Virus record (IMG/VR): IMGVR_UViG_3300040801_003393
Coordinates: 32,001-96,000 of that record
Length of the DNA: 64,000 nt
Source: a virus
Direction: 5' to 3' (one strand)
Shown piece by piece: positions 50,340 to 60,155 of this stretch. The notes beneath the pieces are model-generated. The model saw nothing but the letters and a program-made list of their open reading frames with translations. It was not told the DNA's origin and made no database searches. Positions within the stretch are counted from its first letter, which is position 1; each line of letters opens with the position of its first letter. The translations under genes and the position numbers were made by a program.

Positions 50340-50443
50340 TGTTTAATTGGATAAAAAGAATAATTAATAAAATTAAACTAGAAGTTCGTTATCGAAAAAA
50401 GATGAAAGAACTAAAAAAGAAAGACCCGTTTATCTATAAATGA
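50339..50443 (+). CDS. 34-aa basic peptide ending DPFIYK (not in ORF track)
   Basis: MFNWIKRIINKIKLEVRYRKKMKELKKKDPFIYK; TAATG and ATGA overlaps on both sides; AGGAGG upstream. Confidence 0.75.
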   Translation: MFNWIKRIINKIKLEVRYRKKMKELKKKDPFIYK

Positions 50444-51957
50444 AAAATATATTAGGAATATCGGCTGGATTCCATGACGCAGGGCTTTCAGTAATAAGTC
50501 CGGCCGGCGACATTTTGTTTGCAAGTCACGCCGAGAGATTTTCAAAGAAAAAACATGACGCTGAAATGTGTACGCATATGGTAAATTATGCAATGCAGTT
50601 TGGCGAAGTTGATACGATTGCATATTATGAAAGGCCATGGTTAAAAAACTTAAGAATGGTCAGGTCAGGCCAAGGGGCTGATTCGCCATGGCAATTAAAA
50701 AATGTATTAAATAAACATTTGTTTTTTCATCCAAAGTTAGTCAACAATGCAAATTTAAAGGCATTCGGTCATCATCTATCACACGCAGCAGCAGGCTTTC
50801 AAACCTCGCCGTTTGATGATGCCACTGTGCTTGTTATTGATGCAATTGGTGAGTTTGATACAGTTAGTGTTTGGAATGCATGGTACGATAAAAAAGGTAA
50901 TGCACAATACAAACTGCGGTGGAGGATGAAGTACCCAGATTCTATTGGTATGTTTTATTCGGCTATGACTAAGTTCGTGGGATTACGCCCAATGGACGAA
51001 GAGTACATTTTAATGGGTATGGCTGCATACGGAAAAAATATCGAAGTAGTTGGAAAGATGGCTGATCGCTTTTTAGCAGTACCAGACCCATCACATGAGC
51101 CATTCACTTTTAAGGATAATTTACATATCGGAGTTGACACCGACTGGATACAAAAAGAACATATCTCTGATTTTGATATTGCTATGGCCACCCAAGAAAT
51201 ATTAGAATGGCAATTACATCGAATCATGCTGAAGAGTATGCAATATCGGAACTCTGGAAATTTAGTTTATATGGGTGGTGTAGCATTAAACTGTTTAGCA
51301 AATAGAGCCCTCGGACGATACTATAAAGATGTCTGGATTATGCCAAACCCAGGCGATGCTGGTTCAAGTTTAGGTGCAGCAGCCCTAGCCTATAAAAAGA
51401 AACTTAACTGGAAAGATGCATATCTCGGTTATAACATCGAGGGCGAGTATCCAGTTAAACCTATAATTGATGAATTGATAGTTAATAAGATTGTTGGTGT
51501 AGCAAATGGTCGAGCCGAGTTTGGGCCAAGAGCATTAGGCAATAGATCTTTACTGGCAGATCCACGCGGCCACGATATTAAAGACAAAGTTAATGAAATT
51601 AAACGCAGGCAACAATTCCGCCCATTTGCTCCAGTCATACTTGAAGAACATGTGCGTGAATATTTCAATATGCCAACCGGGTTTAATACATCACCGTATA
51701 TGCAAGTCGTTGCCAAGTGTAAGCGCCCAGATGAGTTTCCAGCGATCATACATGCCGACGGTACTAGTCGAGTACAAACGGTTGCTAATGATGGTTCCGG
51801 CATAAGAAAATTATTAGAAGCCTGGAAAGTTTATACCGGCTGTCCTATGCTACTAAACACATCACTGAACATTCGTGGCGAACCAATGGTTAATGATGTT
51901 AGTGACGCAAAACGATTTGAAGATTTGTATAAAGTAAAGGTTTTTACAAGTGTTTGA
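50440..51957 (+). CDS. Carbamoyltransferase, NodU/CmcH family
   Basis: LGIS..FHD, ERF..KKH, HHLSHA, GGVALN, EFGPRALGNRS, FRPFAP, LNTSLN. Confidence 0.93.
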   Translation: MKNILGISAGFHDAGLSVISPAGDILFASHAERFSKKKHDAEMCTHMVNYAMQFGEVDTIAYYERPWLKNLRMVRSGQGADSPWQLKNVLNKHLFFHPKLVNNANLKAFGHHLSHAAAGFQTSPFDDATVLVIDAIGEFDTVSVWNAWYDKKGNAQYKLRWRMKYPDSIGMFYSAMTKFVGLRPMDEEYILMGMAAYGKNIEVVGKMADRFLAVPDPSHEPFTFKDNLHIGVDTDWIQKEHISDFDIAMATQEILEWQLHRIMLKSMQYRNSGNLVYMGGVALNCLANRALGRYYKDVWIMPNPGDAGSSLGAAALAYKKKLNWKDAYLGYNIEGEYPVKPIIDELIVNKIVGVANGRAEFGPRALGNRSLLADPRGHDIKDKVNEIKRRQQFRPFAPVILEEHVREYFNMPTGFNTSPYMQVVAKCKRPDEFPAIIHADGTSRVQTVANDGSGIRKLLEAWKVYTGCPMLLNTSLNIRGEPMVNDVSDAKRFEDLYKVKVFTSV

Positions 51958-53578
51958 CATTTTTTACATCCACAATCCACCACACGGAAGACTTGCTAGC
52001 ATTGCTAAGCAGGTAGAAACAATAGCAGATGCCCGATCAGCGGCAAAAACCCGTTACTGTTGGGTTGTGGATGGCTTTAATAATTACGATGATTTTGATT
52101 TTCTATGGGAACCAAAACCCTGGGAAGCCAATCGAGATCACGTATGGCCGTCACAGCATCAACAGCATGGCGGAACAATGTTGCTAACAAAAGATTGGGG
52201 AGGGGATACAAACTATAACCATCCTGTTGTTCCCCGCGTAACTGCACCCAACATCATTTATTTAGACATAGGCAATTCTGAATCAGACGAACAATACGAC
52301 ATACTTCAAAAGCAGTTTAACATAGTTAAGACGCGGTTTATAGCAGATTACCACGGTACGCTAAAACGTGTTATTAGTAAGATTGAAGAACCATATGTTT
52401 GGGTTATTGGTTCTGTTTGTGACTACGAAGAGTTTGATTTTACTTGGCACCCAAGCGAATGGCAAAGAGATATGTTGCATGTATTTCCGTCGAGCGAACA
52501 AAAGTTTGGAGATACGTTTTATATCCCAGTACAAAAATTCAAAGAAAACCCAGGAGAACTATTAGAATGGTTTGACACAATCTGTTTCCAAGATCAAACC
52601 GTACCTCGATTTGCCCCGCCTATTGTTTACAAGTCAAAGACCGATACAATTGCTGAGTTAGCTAAGTCAGCAAAGTTCAATGGACCAATTGGTGTATTAA
52701 CAACTGATCCAACTCTGCAAATGTATCCTGAAGTAGTCCCGGCAATTAATCTTTGGAGGAAAGAAACAAGAACGATCGTTCCAATAACAAAGAGTCATTC
52801 TATTGCAGTATTTCCTCGTGATGCTTTAGCAGATGTTAAACATGAAGTCTATGATTACCCCTACATTGATAAATCGCTAGAAAACAAATACGGTGAGCCA
52901 CCGCTTGATGTAGTATTTTTAAGCAACGGCGAAACAAATGCCGAAGAAAATTTAGCATACCTCAAAGAACATTTGCCAGAGAAAATGACATTACATGAAG
53001 TGTCTGGTATCAATGGTCGTGTTGCAGCATATCAAGCATGTGCTGAGGCGGCCAACACTGACTGGTTGTTTATTGTTTGGGGTAAGTTAAAGATCAATAA
53101 ACATTTTGATTGGTCTTGGCAGCCAGATCGGTTCCAGCAAGCAAAGCATTATATCTTCTATGCTCGCAACCCAGTAACTAATTTAGTTTATGGACACATG
53201 GGAATGGCTGCGTACAATAAACGATTAACATTAAAGAACGATGGTAGCGGCTTAGATTTTATCATGTCCCAACCGCATGAGGTTGTACCGTTATTGTCTG
53301 GTACAGCCGAGTATGCCCATAATCCGTGGATGGCCTGGCGCACCTCATTTCGAGAGGTGTTGAAGTTAAAAAGTTTTGAGAAAACCGATGCCAAAGCAGC
53401 CACTCGACTTAACAGTTGGATGACCGTTGGCGATGGAGAATTTGGACAGTGGTCTTTGTTGGGCGCTAAAGACGGAATTGATTATTACAAGTCAGTTAAT
53501 GGTAACTTTGAAAGTCTGAAATTGAGTTATGAGTGGGCCTGGCTTCGCGAACGATTTGACAAACTTTATCCTGGATAA
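51950..53578 (+). CDS. Multi-repeat glycosyltransferase-like protein
   Basis: Three internal FD(F/W).W.P repeats; C-terminal domain resembles 40767-41708. Confidence 0.6.
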   Translation: MFDIFYIHNPPHGRLASIAKQVETIADARSAAKTRYCWVVDGFNNYDDFDFLWEPKPWEANRDHVWPSQHQQHGGTMLLTKDWGGDTNYNHPVVPRVTAPNIIYLDIGNSESDEQYDILQKQFNIVKTRFIADYHGTLKRVISKIEEPYVWVIGSVCDYEEFDFTWHPSEWQRDMLHVFPSSEQKFGDTFYIPVQKFKENPGELLEWFDTICFQDQTVPRFAPPIVYKSKTDTIAELAKSAKFNGPIGVLTTDPTLQMYPEVVPAINLWRKETRTIVPITKSHSIAVFPRDALADVKHEVYDYPYIDKSLENKYGEPPLDVVFLSNGETNAEENLAYLKEHLPEKMTLHEVSGINGRVAAYQACAEAANTDWLFIVWGKLKINKHFDWSWQPDRFQQAKHYIFYARNPVTNLVYGHMGMAAYNKRLTLKNDGSGLDFIMSQPHEVVPLLSGTAEYAHNPWMAWRTSFREVLKLKSFEKTDAKAATRLNSWMTVGDGEFGQWSLLGAKDGIDYYKSVNGNFESLKLSYEWAWLRERFDKLYPG

Positions 53579-54593
53579 ACTCAACTTCCTCGAGCGTAAG
53601 TTCAGGATAAAACGGCAATGAGATACTACACTTAGATAGTCGTGTACTAGTATCGCCGCCATAGTAGGGTAGCGCAGCAAATAACCCAACGGTATGTAAC
53701 GGATTGGAGTAATGAACTCTGGCTTCAATGCCGTTGCGATACAATTCGTTTAATACATAATCACGATTATCAACTTGTATAACAAATTTATGCAATGCAT
53801 GCTTGTTGATGTTATCTAGAGTAATCATTGTCTTAATGTTATTTGCATTAAATGCATCTATCCATTTTAATGCAATTTGTTTTCTAGCCGCTTGCCACTG
53901 GTCAAGGTATTTTGTTTTTACCATGAGCATAGCACAATCCATTTCGTTCATACGCGAGTTTGACCCAGGCATTAAATGCACATATCTCTTCCCGTGCGCT
54001 CGGTAATTTAGTGCATACTCGTATAGTTCATCGTCGTTAGTAACAATAGCACCACCGTTGCCGTAGTTTGGAAGGTTCTTAGTCGGATCAAAACTTATAG
54101 CGGTAGTAGTTGACATGCGATGACAGTTGTTGCTAAGCCAATGCTGAGCACCATCTTCAACCAAACATCCTTGATTTAATCGGTCAGGCAATGCAATACC
54201 GTGCAAGCCAACACCAACTATAATGTCAAAAGCATGTTGCTCGGGAGGTAGAATAACACCATCCTCATCGCAATCGGCCAAACAAATATCCCAACCAGCA
54301 GTGACAAAGGCATTGATAGTAGCAGGGAATGTATAAGATGGCAATAGAGCATACTTGCCATTCTCTTTATAGTAACGAGCAATAATTTCTAGAGCATTTG
54401 TACCGCTGCCGCAAGTAACAGCATACGGCATTTGATTTTTTATAGCCAACCAATCTTCAAACTGCTCAGTATACGGACCATCAAGCAGTCGTCCAGTTTC
54501 GGCTACTGTGGCATACGCAGTCATTAGTTCTTCTTTGTGTAAAAGAAACTGCCGACTAAGGTTGTTAAATGGAATTTGTTTTGAGCCAGTCAT
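53496..54593 (-). CDS. DegT/DnrJ/EryC1/StrS PLP-dependent sugar aminotransferase
   Basis: SGTNAL, EDGAQ, SFDPTKNL..GNGG, NSRM, SLPFYPEL. Confidence 0.92.
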   Translation of the reverse strand: MTGSKQIPFNNLSRQFLLHKEELMTAYATVAETGRLLDGPYTEQFEDWLAIKNQMPYAVTCGSGTNALEIIARYYKENGKYALLPSYTFPATINAFVTAGWDICLADCDEDGVILPPEQHAFDIIVGVGLHGIALPDRLNQGCLVEDGAQHWLSNNCHRMSTTTAISFDPTKNLPNYGNGGAIVTNDDELYEYALNYRAHGKRYVHLMPGSNSRMNEMDCAMLMVKTKYLDQWQAARKQIALKWIDAFNANNIKTMITLDNINKHALHKFVIQVDNRDYVLNELYRNGIEARVHYSNPLHTVGLFAALPYYGGDTSTRLSKCSISLPFYPELTLEEVEFIQDKVCQIVREARPTHNSISDFQSYH

Positions 54594-55503
54594 AGTATAA
54601 AGTTAACCCTTTTTCTAGAGGGGTGCCGTCGGGCAACCCAAGATGTTCTTTAGCAGAAGCAATATTTAGACCACCACGCTTAGGGTAGGATGCATCGCGA
54701 GGATTGATTTTAATATGTCCTGCACCGACCAACTCAATAATAGTTTCGGCTGCATGCAATAACGTTTGTGGATGCCCGCTTGTTACATTAAATGTTCCTG
54801 GAACTCTTCTGGTTGCAGCCTGAACGATGCCTTGAGTAATATCGTCAATATAAGTGAAGTCTAGTGTTTCGCCAGCACCACAAACATTCAATTCTTTGTT
54901 TTCTATTGCTGACTTGAAGAAAAGACTTATTACCCGTTCAGTAACATCCATTGGGCCATACACTGCACTAGGACGAATAACCGTTACTGTACCACCAGAG
55001 GTCTCTGCCCAGAGTCTACATAACTGCTCTCCAGCCAGTTTATAGATACCATATGCGGAGGTAGGGTTGCACGGATCGTTTTCAGTCGGAGGCTCCGCAG
55101 GAAAGTCACCATACACCATTGAACTACTGATATAAACAAAGTGAGAAGCAATACCGCGACAAGCCGATAGTACATTATGCAACCCAACGGTCATTGTACT
55201 GATGCCCTGCTCGGGATATTGACTAACCAGTGCCGCTCTTGGATAGGCAGCTAAATGTATAACAACATCTGGTTTTATTCTTTTAATTGCTGCTGATACT
55301 TTGTCTCGATCGCTAATATGAATTGAGTAAACATTTTTCAAATCGTTGCCAAGTCGTAGCTGCAAAAGTTTTTGATATTTTGACGACGGCATGATATTGT
55401 AGCAATCGAAGTTATCAATGATGTTTACTTTATTATTGTGTTTTAACTGATTAAAAACATGGGAGCCAATAAACCCAGCACCGCCAACTAATAGGTATTT
55501 CAT
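54565..55503 (-). CDS. NAD-dependent NDP-sugar epimerase/dehydratase
   Basis: GGAGFIG, HLAA, SSSMVYG, YGIYK, VYGP, DFTYIDD. Confidence 0.92.
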   Translation of the reverse strand: MKYLLVGGAGFIGSHVFNQLKHNNKVNIIDNFDCYNIMPSSKYQKLLQLRLGNDLKNVYSIHISDRDKVSAAIKRIKPDVVIHLAAYPRAALVSQYPEQGISTMTVGLHNVLSACRGIASHFVYISSSMVYGDFPAEPPTENDPCNPTSAYGIYKLAGEQLCRLWAETSGGTVTVIRPSAVYGPMDVTERVISLFFKSAIENKELNVCGAGETLDFTYIDDITQGIVQAATRRVPGTFNVTSGHPQTLLHAAETIIELVGAGHIKINPRDASYPKRGGLNIASAKEHLGLPDGTPLEKGLTLYYDWLKTNSI

Positions 55504-55796
55504 TATAAAAACCTTAATTTAAATTCAACAATTTTTTCTTCGTCAGTTGGATCGAGAATACCATATAACCGAACTATTTCTACTCCGCTTAGGTCCAGGC
55601 CAACTTTGTCACCAAATGGATTTTCAACTTCTTCAATTTCAAATTTAGCGCAGTTTTCTAATAGCCATTTGTTTCTTGGGTGATTGTTTTGCGCAATAGA
55701 AAACATAACGTCTAATAAATCTCGATCTTCTCGTTTGTATTCCTCGACCACCCCGGGTAGATTATCTAGGTTTAAGGTAGCTAACAGAACACGCAT
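55503..55796 (-). CDS. Hypothetical protein
   Basis: ORF coupled to both neighbours. Confidence 0.6.
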   Translation of the reverse strand: MRVLLATLNLDNLPGVVEEYKREDRDLLDVMFSIAQNNHPRNKWLLENCAKFEIEEVENPFGDKVGLDLSGVEIVRLYGILDPTDEEKIVEFKLRFL

Positions 55797-56686
55797 CAGA
55801 CTGCCATTTTAGCAGAGATCGTTTCGTGATGTTTGTAGTTTTGTAGAACGATATCATTCATTGTAAACTGATTGATATCTTTGATATCTGGATTTAGCCA
55901 TAGCGTTGGCAAAGGATATTCTTCCCTTGATAACTGTTCTTGAACTGCATCGAAATGGTTGTTATAGATATGTGCGTCACCAATCGTATGTATAAACTCA
56001 CCAGGCTGTAATTCAGTAACCTGTGCTAGCATGTAAGTTAGAAGCGAATACGACGCGATATTAAACGGAACGCCAAGGAACATATCAGCTGAACGTTGAT
56101 ACATATGACAAGAGAGCTTATTGTCGTTTGATACATAAAACTGGGCTAGCAAATGACACGGCGGCAAAGCCATCTCAGGTAGCTCGCCTGGGTTCCATGC
56201 AGATAAAATATGACGACGGCTATACGGATTTTTCTTTAAATCGTTTATTAGATTCTGAATTTGATCAACGTGGTTGACTGCACAAACCACTACATCGTTT
56301 TCGTTTTCGGCTCTTGCATATGGAGAGAAGTGAGCCCAGCTTCGCCATTGTACTCCATATACTCGGCCCAAGTCCCCTGAGAACTTGCCCCCTTTCCAAT
56401 ATTCTGCGTTAGCATTATCAGTCCAGATGGTACGCTTGTTGAGGTCTCGAGTACCATGGAGTATTTCGGCGAGCCGGCGCTCATCCCCCGACCCTTCTAA
56501 GAACCAGAGCAGTTCGGAAACAACAGATTTCCATGCAAGTTTTTTAGTAGTGACTGCTGGAAAAGATTCTGTTAAGTCATAACGCATTTGCATTCCGAAT
56601 ATTCCACGAGTACCAACACCAGTTCGATCAGTGCGGTCTTCACCATCGTTTAATATACGTTCTAATGCGTCGTGATACTGCTTCAT
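55796..56686 (-). CDS. thyA: Thymidylate synthase (ThyA type)
   Basis: DRTGVGT, ELLWF, YGVQWR, MALPPCH, YQRSADMFLGVPFN, GDAHIY. Confidence 0.97.
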   Translation of the reverse strand: MKQYHDALERILNDGEDRTDRTGVGTRGIFGMQMRYDLTESFPAVTTKKLAWKSVVSELLWFLEGSGDERRLAEILHGTRDLNKRTIWTDNANAEYWKGGKFSGDLGRVYGVQWRSWAHFSPYARAENENDVVVCAVNHVDQIQNLINDLKKNPYSRRHILSAWNPGELPEMALPPCHLLAQFYVSNDNKLSCHMYQRSADMFLGVPFNIASYSLLTYMLAQVTELQPGEFIHTIGDAHIYNNHFDAVQEQLSREEYPLPTLWLNPDIKDINQFTMNDIVLQNYKHHETISAKMAV

Positions 56687-57141
56687 TTCCTTTTCCAGAT
56701 TTGATAATTGTGAGTTAGGCATAGTTGATCTCGCACTAACTCAAACTCTTCAGTGATACGGGTTAAGTCAATTCCAGTATCACATACAAATGTATTTCTT
56801 ATTTTCGATAAATGAATCTCGTCAATTTGATCAAACAAAGATTCAAATAATCTTGCACCGCCTATACACCAGTCAACGTTATACTGTTCCAAGTCTTTAA
56901 TTGTTTTACATTGTATAACATTTTCCGGAAGAGGTAAATCTGATTGGCTAATAACTATGTTCGTTCGATTTGGTAGCGGCTTTGGAATGCCTTTGCTCTC
57001 CCAAGTCCCCCTGCCCATAACAATAGTTTTTCCAGTTGTTAGTTCTTTAAACCTGAGTAGGTCCGTCTCTTGCTTTGGCCATGGCATTGCGCCATTAAAG
57101 CCGATACCACCTAAGCGGTCACATGCTAATATTGCTTTCAT
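56683..57141 (-). CDS. folA: Dihydrofolate reductase
   Basis: GIG..MPW..D..RFK.LT, MGRGTW, PLPNR, IGGA; adjacent to thyA. Confidence 0.95.
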   Translation of the reverse strand: MKAILACDRLGGIGFNGAMPWPKQETDLLRFKELTTGKTIVMGRGTWESKGIPKPLPNRTNIVISQSDLPLPENVIQCKTIKDLEQYNVDWCIGGARLFESLFDQIDEIHLSKIRNTFVCDTGIDLTRITEEFELVRDQLCLTHNYQIWKRK

Positions 57142-57449
57142 TATAGTTTATGTAAAATTTTCTCGGTTTCTCGTTGTACTTCAATTGCCACGTTTTCAAC
57201 GTCAACAAAAAAGTCCATGGCATACACCGAACTGTTAGATTCGTGTATAATTTCAGAAAGGATTTCTTCAATTTCATCGTTGCTAAACCCATTCTGTCTA
57301 AATTCTAGAACGTTAACAGGCTTCGGATCAACAGACTGATCTATAAAATGAATAATGATGCGGTTGATAAAATGCATAGGAATGTTTGTTTTATCAACCG
57401 CATCGATTAATTCCTCCCATTGCGCAAGATGTTTATTATCTGCAAGCAT
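57141..57449 (-). CDS. Hypothetical protein
   Basis: ORF within the operon. Confidence 0.65.
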   Translation of the reverse strand: MLADNKHLAQWEELIDAVDKTNIPMHFINRIIIHFIDQSVDPKPVNVLEFRQNGFSNDEIEEILSEIIHESNSSVYAMDFFVDVENVAIEVQRETEKILHKL

Positions 57450-57460
57450 GAGAGCAGTTG

Positions 57461-58144
57461 TTATTTAGACGCCTCAACAGAGTCGCTTACTACCACTGGT
57501 GCATCAGTTGCTGATGCTTTTTTGGTGGTTGTTTTTTTGGCAGCTTTGGTACGTGCTGGTTTCTTAGGACGTGGAGAAGAGTCTAATTGATAGGCTTCTT
57601 CAAGTAGCCGTTTGCTTTCAGCAATCATTACATTTGCTTCAGCTTCCATTTGTGAAGCCTGCGCCAATCGTTGCTTAGCTAATGTAGCATCATCAAGTAC
57701 AGGTTCATTAACTGGTGCTTCAGTTTTCTTCATGGGATCAGCAAACCCAGCATTCTGATCGAGGTCGGCCATTTTTTGTGCCGCTTCCGATCCCGCTTCC
57801 ATACCATTTAAAATGGTATTGAGTTCGTCTAACCTAACGTGGCTTGAAACGTTTGGTGTAACAATTACTTGGTTGGTCGGAACCTTTTTAATCATACCTT
57901 CACGATGTAAGGTTTGTAAGATTGGACGACCGTCGGGTAGTAAGTTACGAAACAATGGTTCAGAAAGCTCTTTTGCTTCTTGACCGGGCGCCGATTCAAT
58001 CACTTTCATGATGGTATCGTGGAATGCTTTTGGAAGTGTTTCGGGATACACAACCAGGCACATATGGTCTTCGCCCGGTACTTGCCTATAAATAATGGCG
58101 ACCTTTCGATCGCCATGTTTCCCAATGTGCTTTATGAATGCCAT
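57461..58144 (-). CDS. Hypothetical protein with basic K/A-rich C-terminal tail
   Basis: Start MAFIKH with GGAGG RBS. Confidence 0.7.
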   Translation of the reverse strand: MAFIKHIGKHGDRKVAIIYRQVPGEDHMCLVVYPETLPKAFHDTIMKVIESAPGQEAKELSEPLFRNLLPDGRPILQTLHREGMIKKVPTNQVIVTPNVSSHVRLDELNTILNGMEAGSEAAQKMADLDQNAGFADPMKKTEAPVNEPVLDDATLAKQRLAQASQMEAEANVMIAESKRLLEEAYQLDSSPRPKKPARTKAAKKTTTKKASATDAPVVVSDSVEASK

Positions 58145-58145
58145 A

Positions 58146-58418
58146 TTAGGCCTCCGTGGTCTCTTCTGTTGTTTCTTCTGCTTCAGTGGCCTGCGGCTGC
58201 GGAGCAATCGATTGTAAGAATGAAGTTAGTCGGGTGTAGGTGTTTCCAACTACTGCCATCTCTTCAGCACGAAATGCACCACGACGTGCAACCACGTCAA
58301 TGATTTGCTTTAAATTAGCAAGGTCGTTAAGAGTTAAGGAAACTGGAGCAGCCGCGGAAGTAACGGCCTCTTCGGAAGCGCCAGCATCAGTAACTTCGGT
58401 ATTGGTATCTTCTAACAT
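58146..58418 (-). CDS. Hypothetical acidic protein
   Basis: AGAGG RBS; TTAAATA late-promoter variant at 58451-58457. Confidence 0.7.
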   Translation of the reverse strand: MLEDTNTEVTDAGASEEAVTSAAAPVSLTLNDLANLKQIIDVVARRGAFRAEEMAVVGNTYTRLTSFLQSIAPQPQATEAEETTEETTEA

Positions 58419-58490
58419 AAAAATCCTCTTGTGGTTAAATTATATGCTATTATTTAACACAATAGCAACCCACGAAAGAATTTTTTGATG

Positions 58491-58769
58491 TTAGAAGAAC
58501 AGGGAGAAGAGTGTAGCCTCGGCCGGATTTTCGAAACCAATGAATCGATTTTGGATTATAAATCGGGTCCCGTTATCTTGTTGATCAACTAGTGCGATTC
58601 GTCCGTCGGTATTTTTAATGAGCCACTGTAGCAAGTCTGGGAAGTCAATCTCTGACTTTAACTCCATTTTGATAAAATGGTCTGGCATAACCTTTAGGAA
58701 ACGAAGCCGATGCCAATCAATCGGCTTCGTTTCCTCAAGCATTGCTTCAAAGTCGATATCGCTGCTCAT
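58491..58769 (-). CDS. Hypothetical protein
   Basis: Start MSSDIDF immediately after the vWA gene stop; C-terminal IGFENPAEATLF. Confidence 0.6.
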   Translation of the reverse strand: MSSDIDFEAMLEETKPIDWHRLRFLKVMPDHFIKMELKSEIDFPDLLQWLIKNTDGRIALVDQQDNGTRFIIQNRFIGFENPAEATLFSLFF

Positions 58770-58770
58770 G

Positions 58771-60066
58771 TTATGCTGCATTCTTCTGGCGATGATCTTC
58801 ATAGTAAGTGGTAGTACCAAACGGTGCTTCAATAGTGTTGCTACCGTGGATGATCCAAAGCGTATCGCAGAAGTCCGGATCACCCCAGCTACCAAACGGG
58901 TAACCGTCAGTGAACACAACCAACCGATCGAAGTCAATTTCGGCCTCTTTCAGGTGGTTGAAGATTGGCTCAAAGTCGGTGCCACCAAAGCCACCAAGTT
59001 CATACTCAGCCATATCACCAATATCGTCGCTAGTGTAGTCAACCGGGTTATGGACTCGCGTGTCGAAGCAGAACACGTGGATCTTGTACGCAGTGAACGC
59101 CTCCATGCAGCCCTGTACTTCGCTTAGGAAGTCAACCAGCATCTTCTGGCTAATCGAACCGGAAGTATCGATAGCCACTGCGATGTTAACCTCTTCGCCC
59201 GGGTTCATACCAGGCATGATAGCGTCCATGTGCCAACCGCGACGTGACTGACGCATCCAAGTATAGTCGTCCTTGATTGCGCTAGTGAGCGACATGTTGA
59301 GCAGCTCACGCCAGTTCATCTGGGGCTCAGTCAGGTCCTTCAGCATCTTCTTGACGTTGCCAGGAATGTTGCCGGCGTTCGGTTCGTTGTTGGCCGCGTT
59401 GATCACAGCCTCCTTGAACTCGTCGCGGATAGCATCACGCTCTGCTTTGGAGAGCTTCGGGCGATCGTTACCATCACCCTCGTCACCTTCGCCGTCGCCC
59501 TCGCCCTCGCCTTCGCCAAGATGGTCGTCAAGGAGTTTGTCAAGCAGATCGCTCAGGTTGATCTTTTCAGCTTTGTCGTACAGCTCGTCGTAAATCTCTT
59601 CCGACGACTTACCGTTGTACTGAGGATCGTGTAGGATCTCAATAGTCGTGATCTTGCGACCCACGTTATGTTTGATCAGGTCGGCGTTGACGCAGTAGTC
59701 GTTCGCGATGTTCCAAAGACCAGGATCGCGATCATTGCGGCGACCAAAGTGATCATAAACGCAGTGGAGGACCTCGTGACCAAACCCGAATTCCAGTTCT
59801 TTCTGGTCCAGCATGTTCACGAAGCGAGAATTGTAATAGAAGTGCCGCCCGTCAGTCGCAAGCGTCGGCAGCCACTCATCAGCGTTAACCAGTTTGAGCC
59901 GAGTAGCAAGGTTACCGAAGAACGCCTGCTTGAGCAGAAGTGCAACACGAGCACCAATCAGTTTCTCGCGAGCCTGGTTGTCGACCTTGGGGTCCATTGG
60001 ACCAATCAGGTCCTTAAACTTGTCCATACGGTTCGAAGTCGTGCCGTTGTTGGCTTTAGCTGACAT
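58771..60066 (-). CDS. Putative metallopeptidase + vWA domain protein (DUF2201-like)
   Basis: TLATDG, HEVLH (HExxH), acidic linker, DTSGS MIDAS, GGTDF, FTDG. Confidence 0.88.
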   Translation of the reverse strand: MSAKANNGTTSNRMDKFKDLIGPMDPKVDNQAREKLIGARVALLLKQAFFGNLATRLKLVNADEWLPTLATDGRHFYYNSRFVNMLDQKELEFGFGHEVLHCVYDHFGRRNDRDPGLWNIANDYCVNADLIKHNVGRKITTIEILHDPQYNGKSSEEIYDELYDKAEKINLSDLLDKLLDDHLGEGEGEGDGEGDEGDGNDRPKLSKAERDAIRDEFKEAVINAANNEPNAGNIPGNVKKMLKDLTEPQMNWRELLNMSLTSAIKDDYTWMRQSRRGWHMDAIMPGMNPGEEVNIAVAIDTSGSISQKMLVDFLSEVQGCMEAFTAYKIHVFCFDTRVHNPVDYTSDDIGDMAEYELGGFGGTDFEPIFNHLKEAEIDFDRLVVFTDGYPFGSWGDPDFCDTLWIIHGSNTIEAPFGTTTYYEDHRQKNAA

Positions 60067-60090
60067 CACGTTCTCCTATTTAATATGCAT

Positions 60091-60119
60091 ATTATACTGG
60101 GTTGCCACCCAAAAGTCAA
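60091..60119 (-). promoter_or_regulatory. sigma70 early promoter
   Basis: TTGACT-17-TATAAT. Confidence 0.85.
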
Positions 60120-60155
60120 CGATTTTTAGTATTTAAAAGTATTAAGATGGTTGCG

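Noticed and set aside
55796-56686. thyA as a base-modifying hydroxymethylase or intron-containing gene
   Set aside because: Canonical ThyA motifs including the dUMP-specifying PFN, adjacent DHFR, and an uninterrupted ORF
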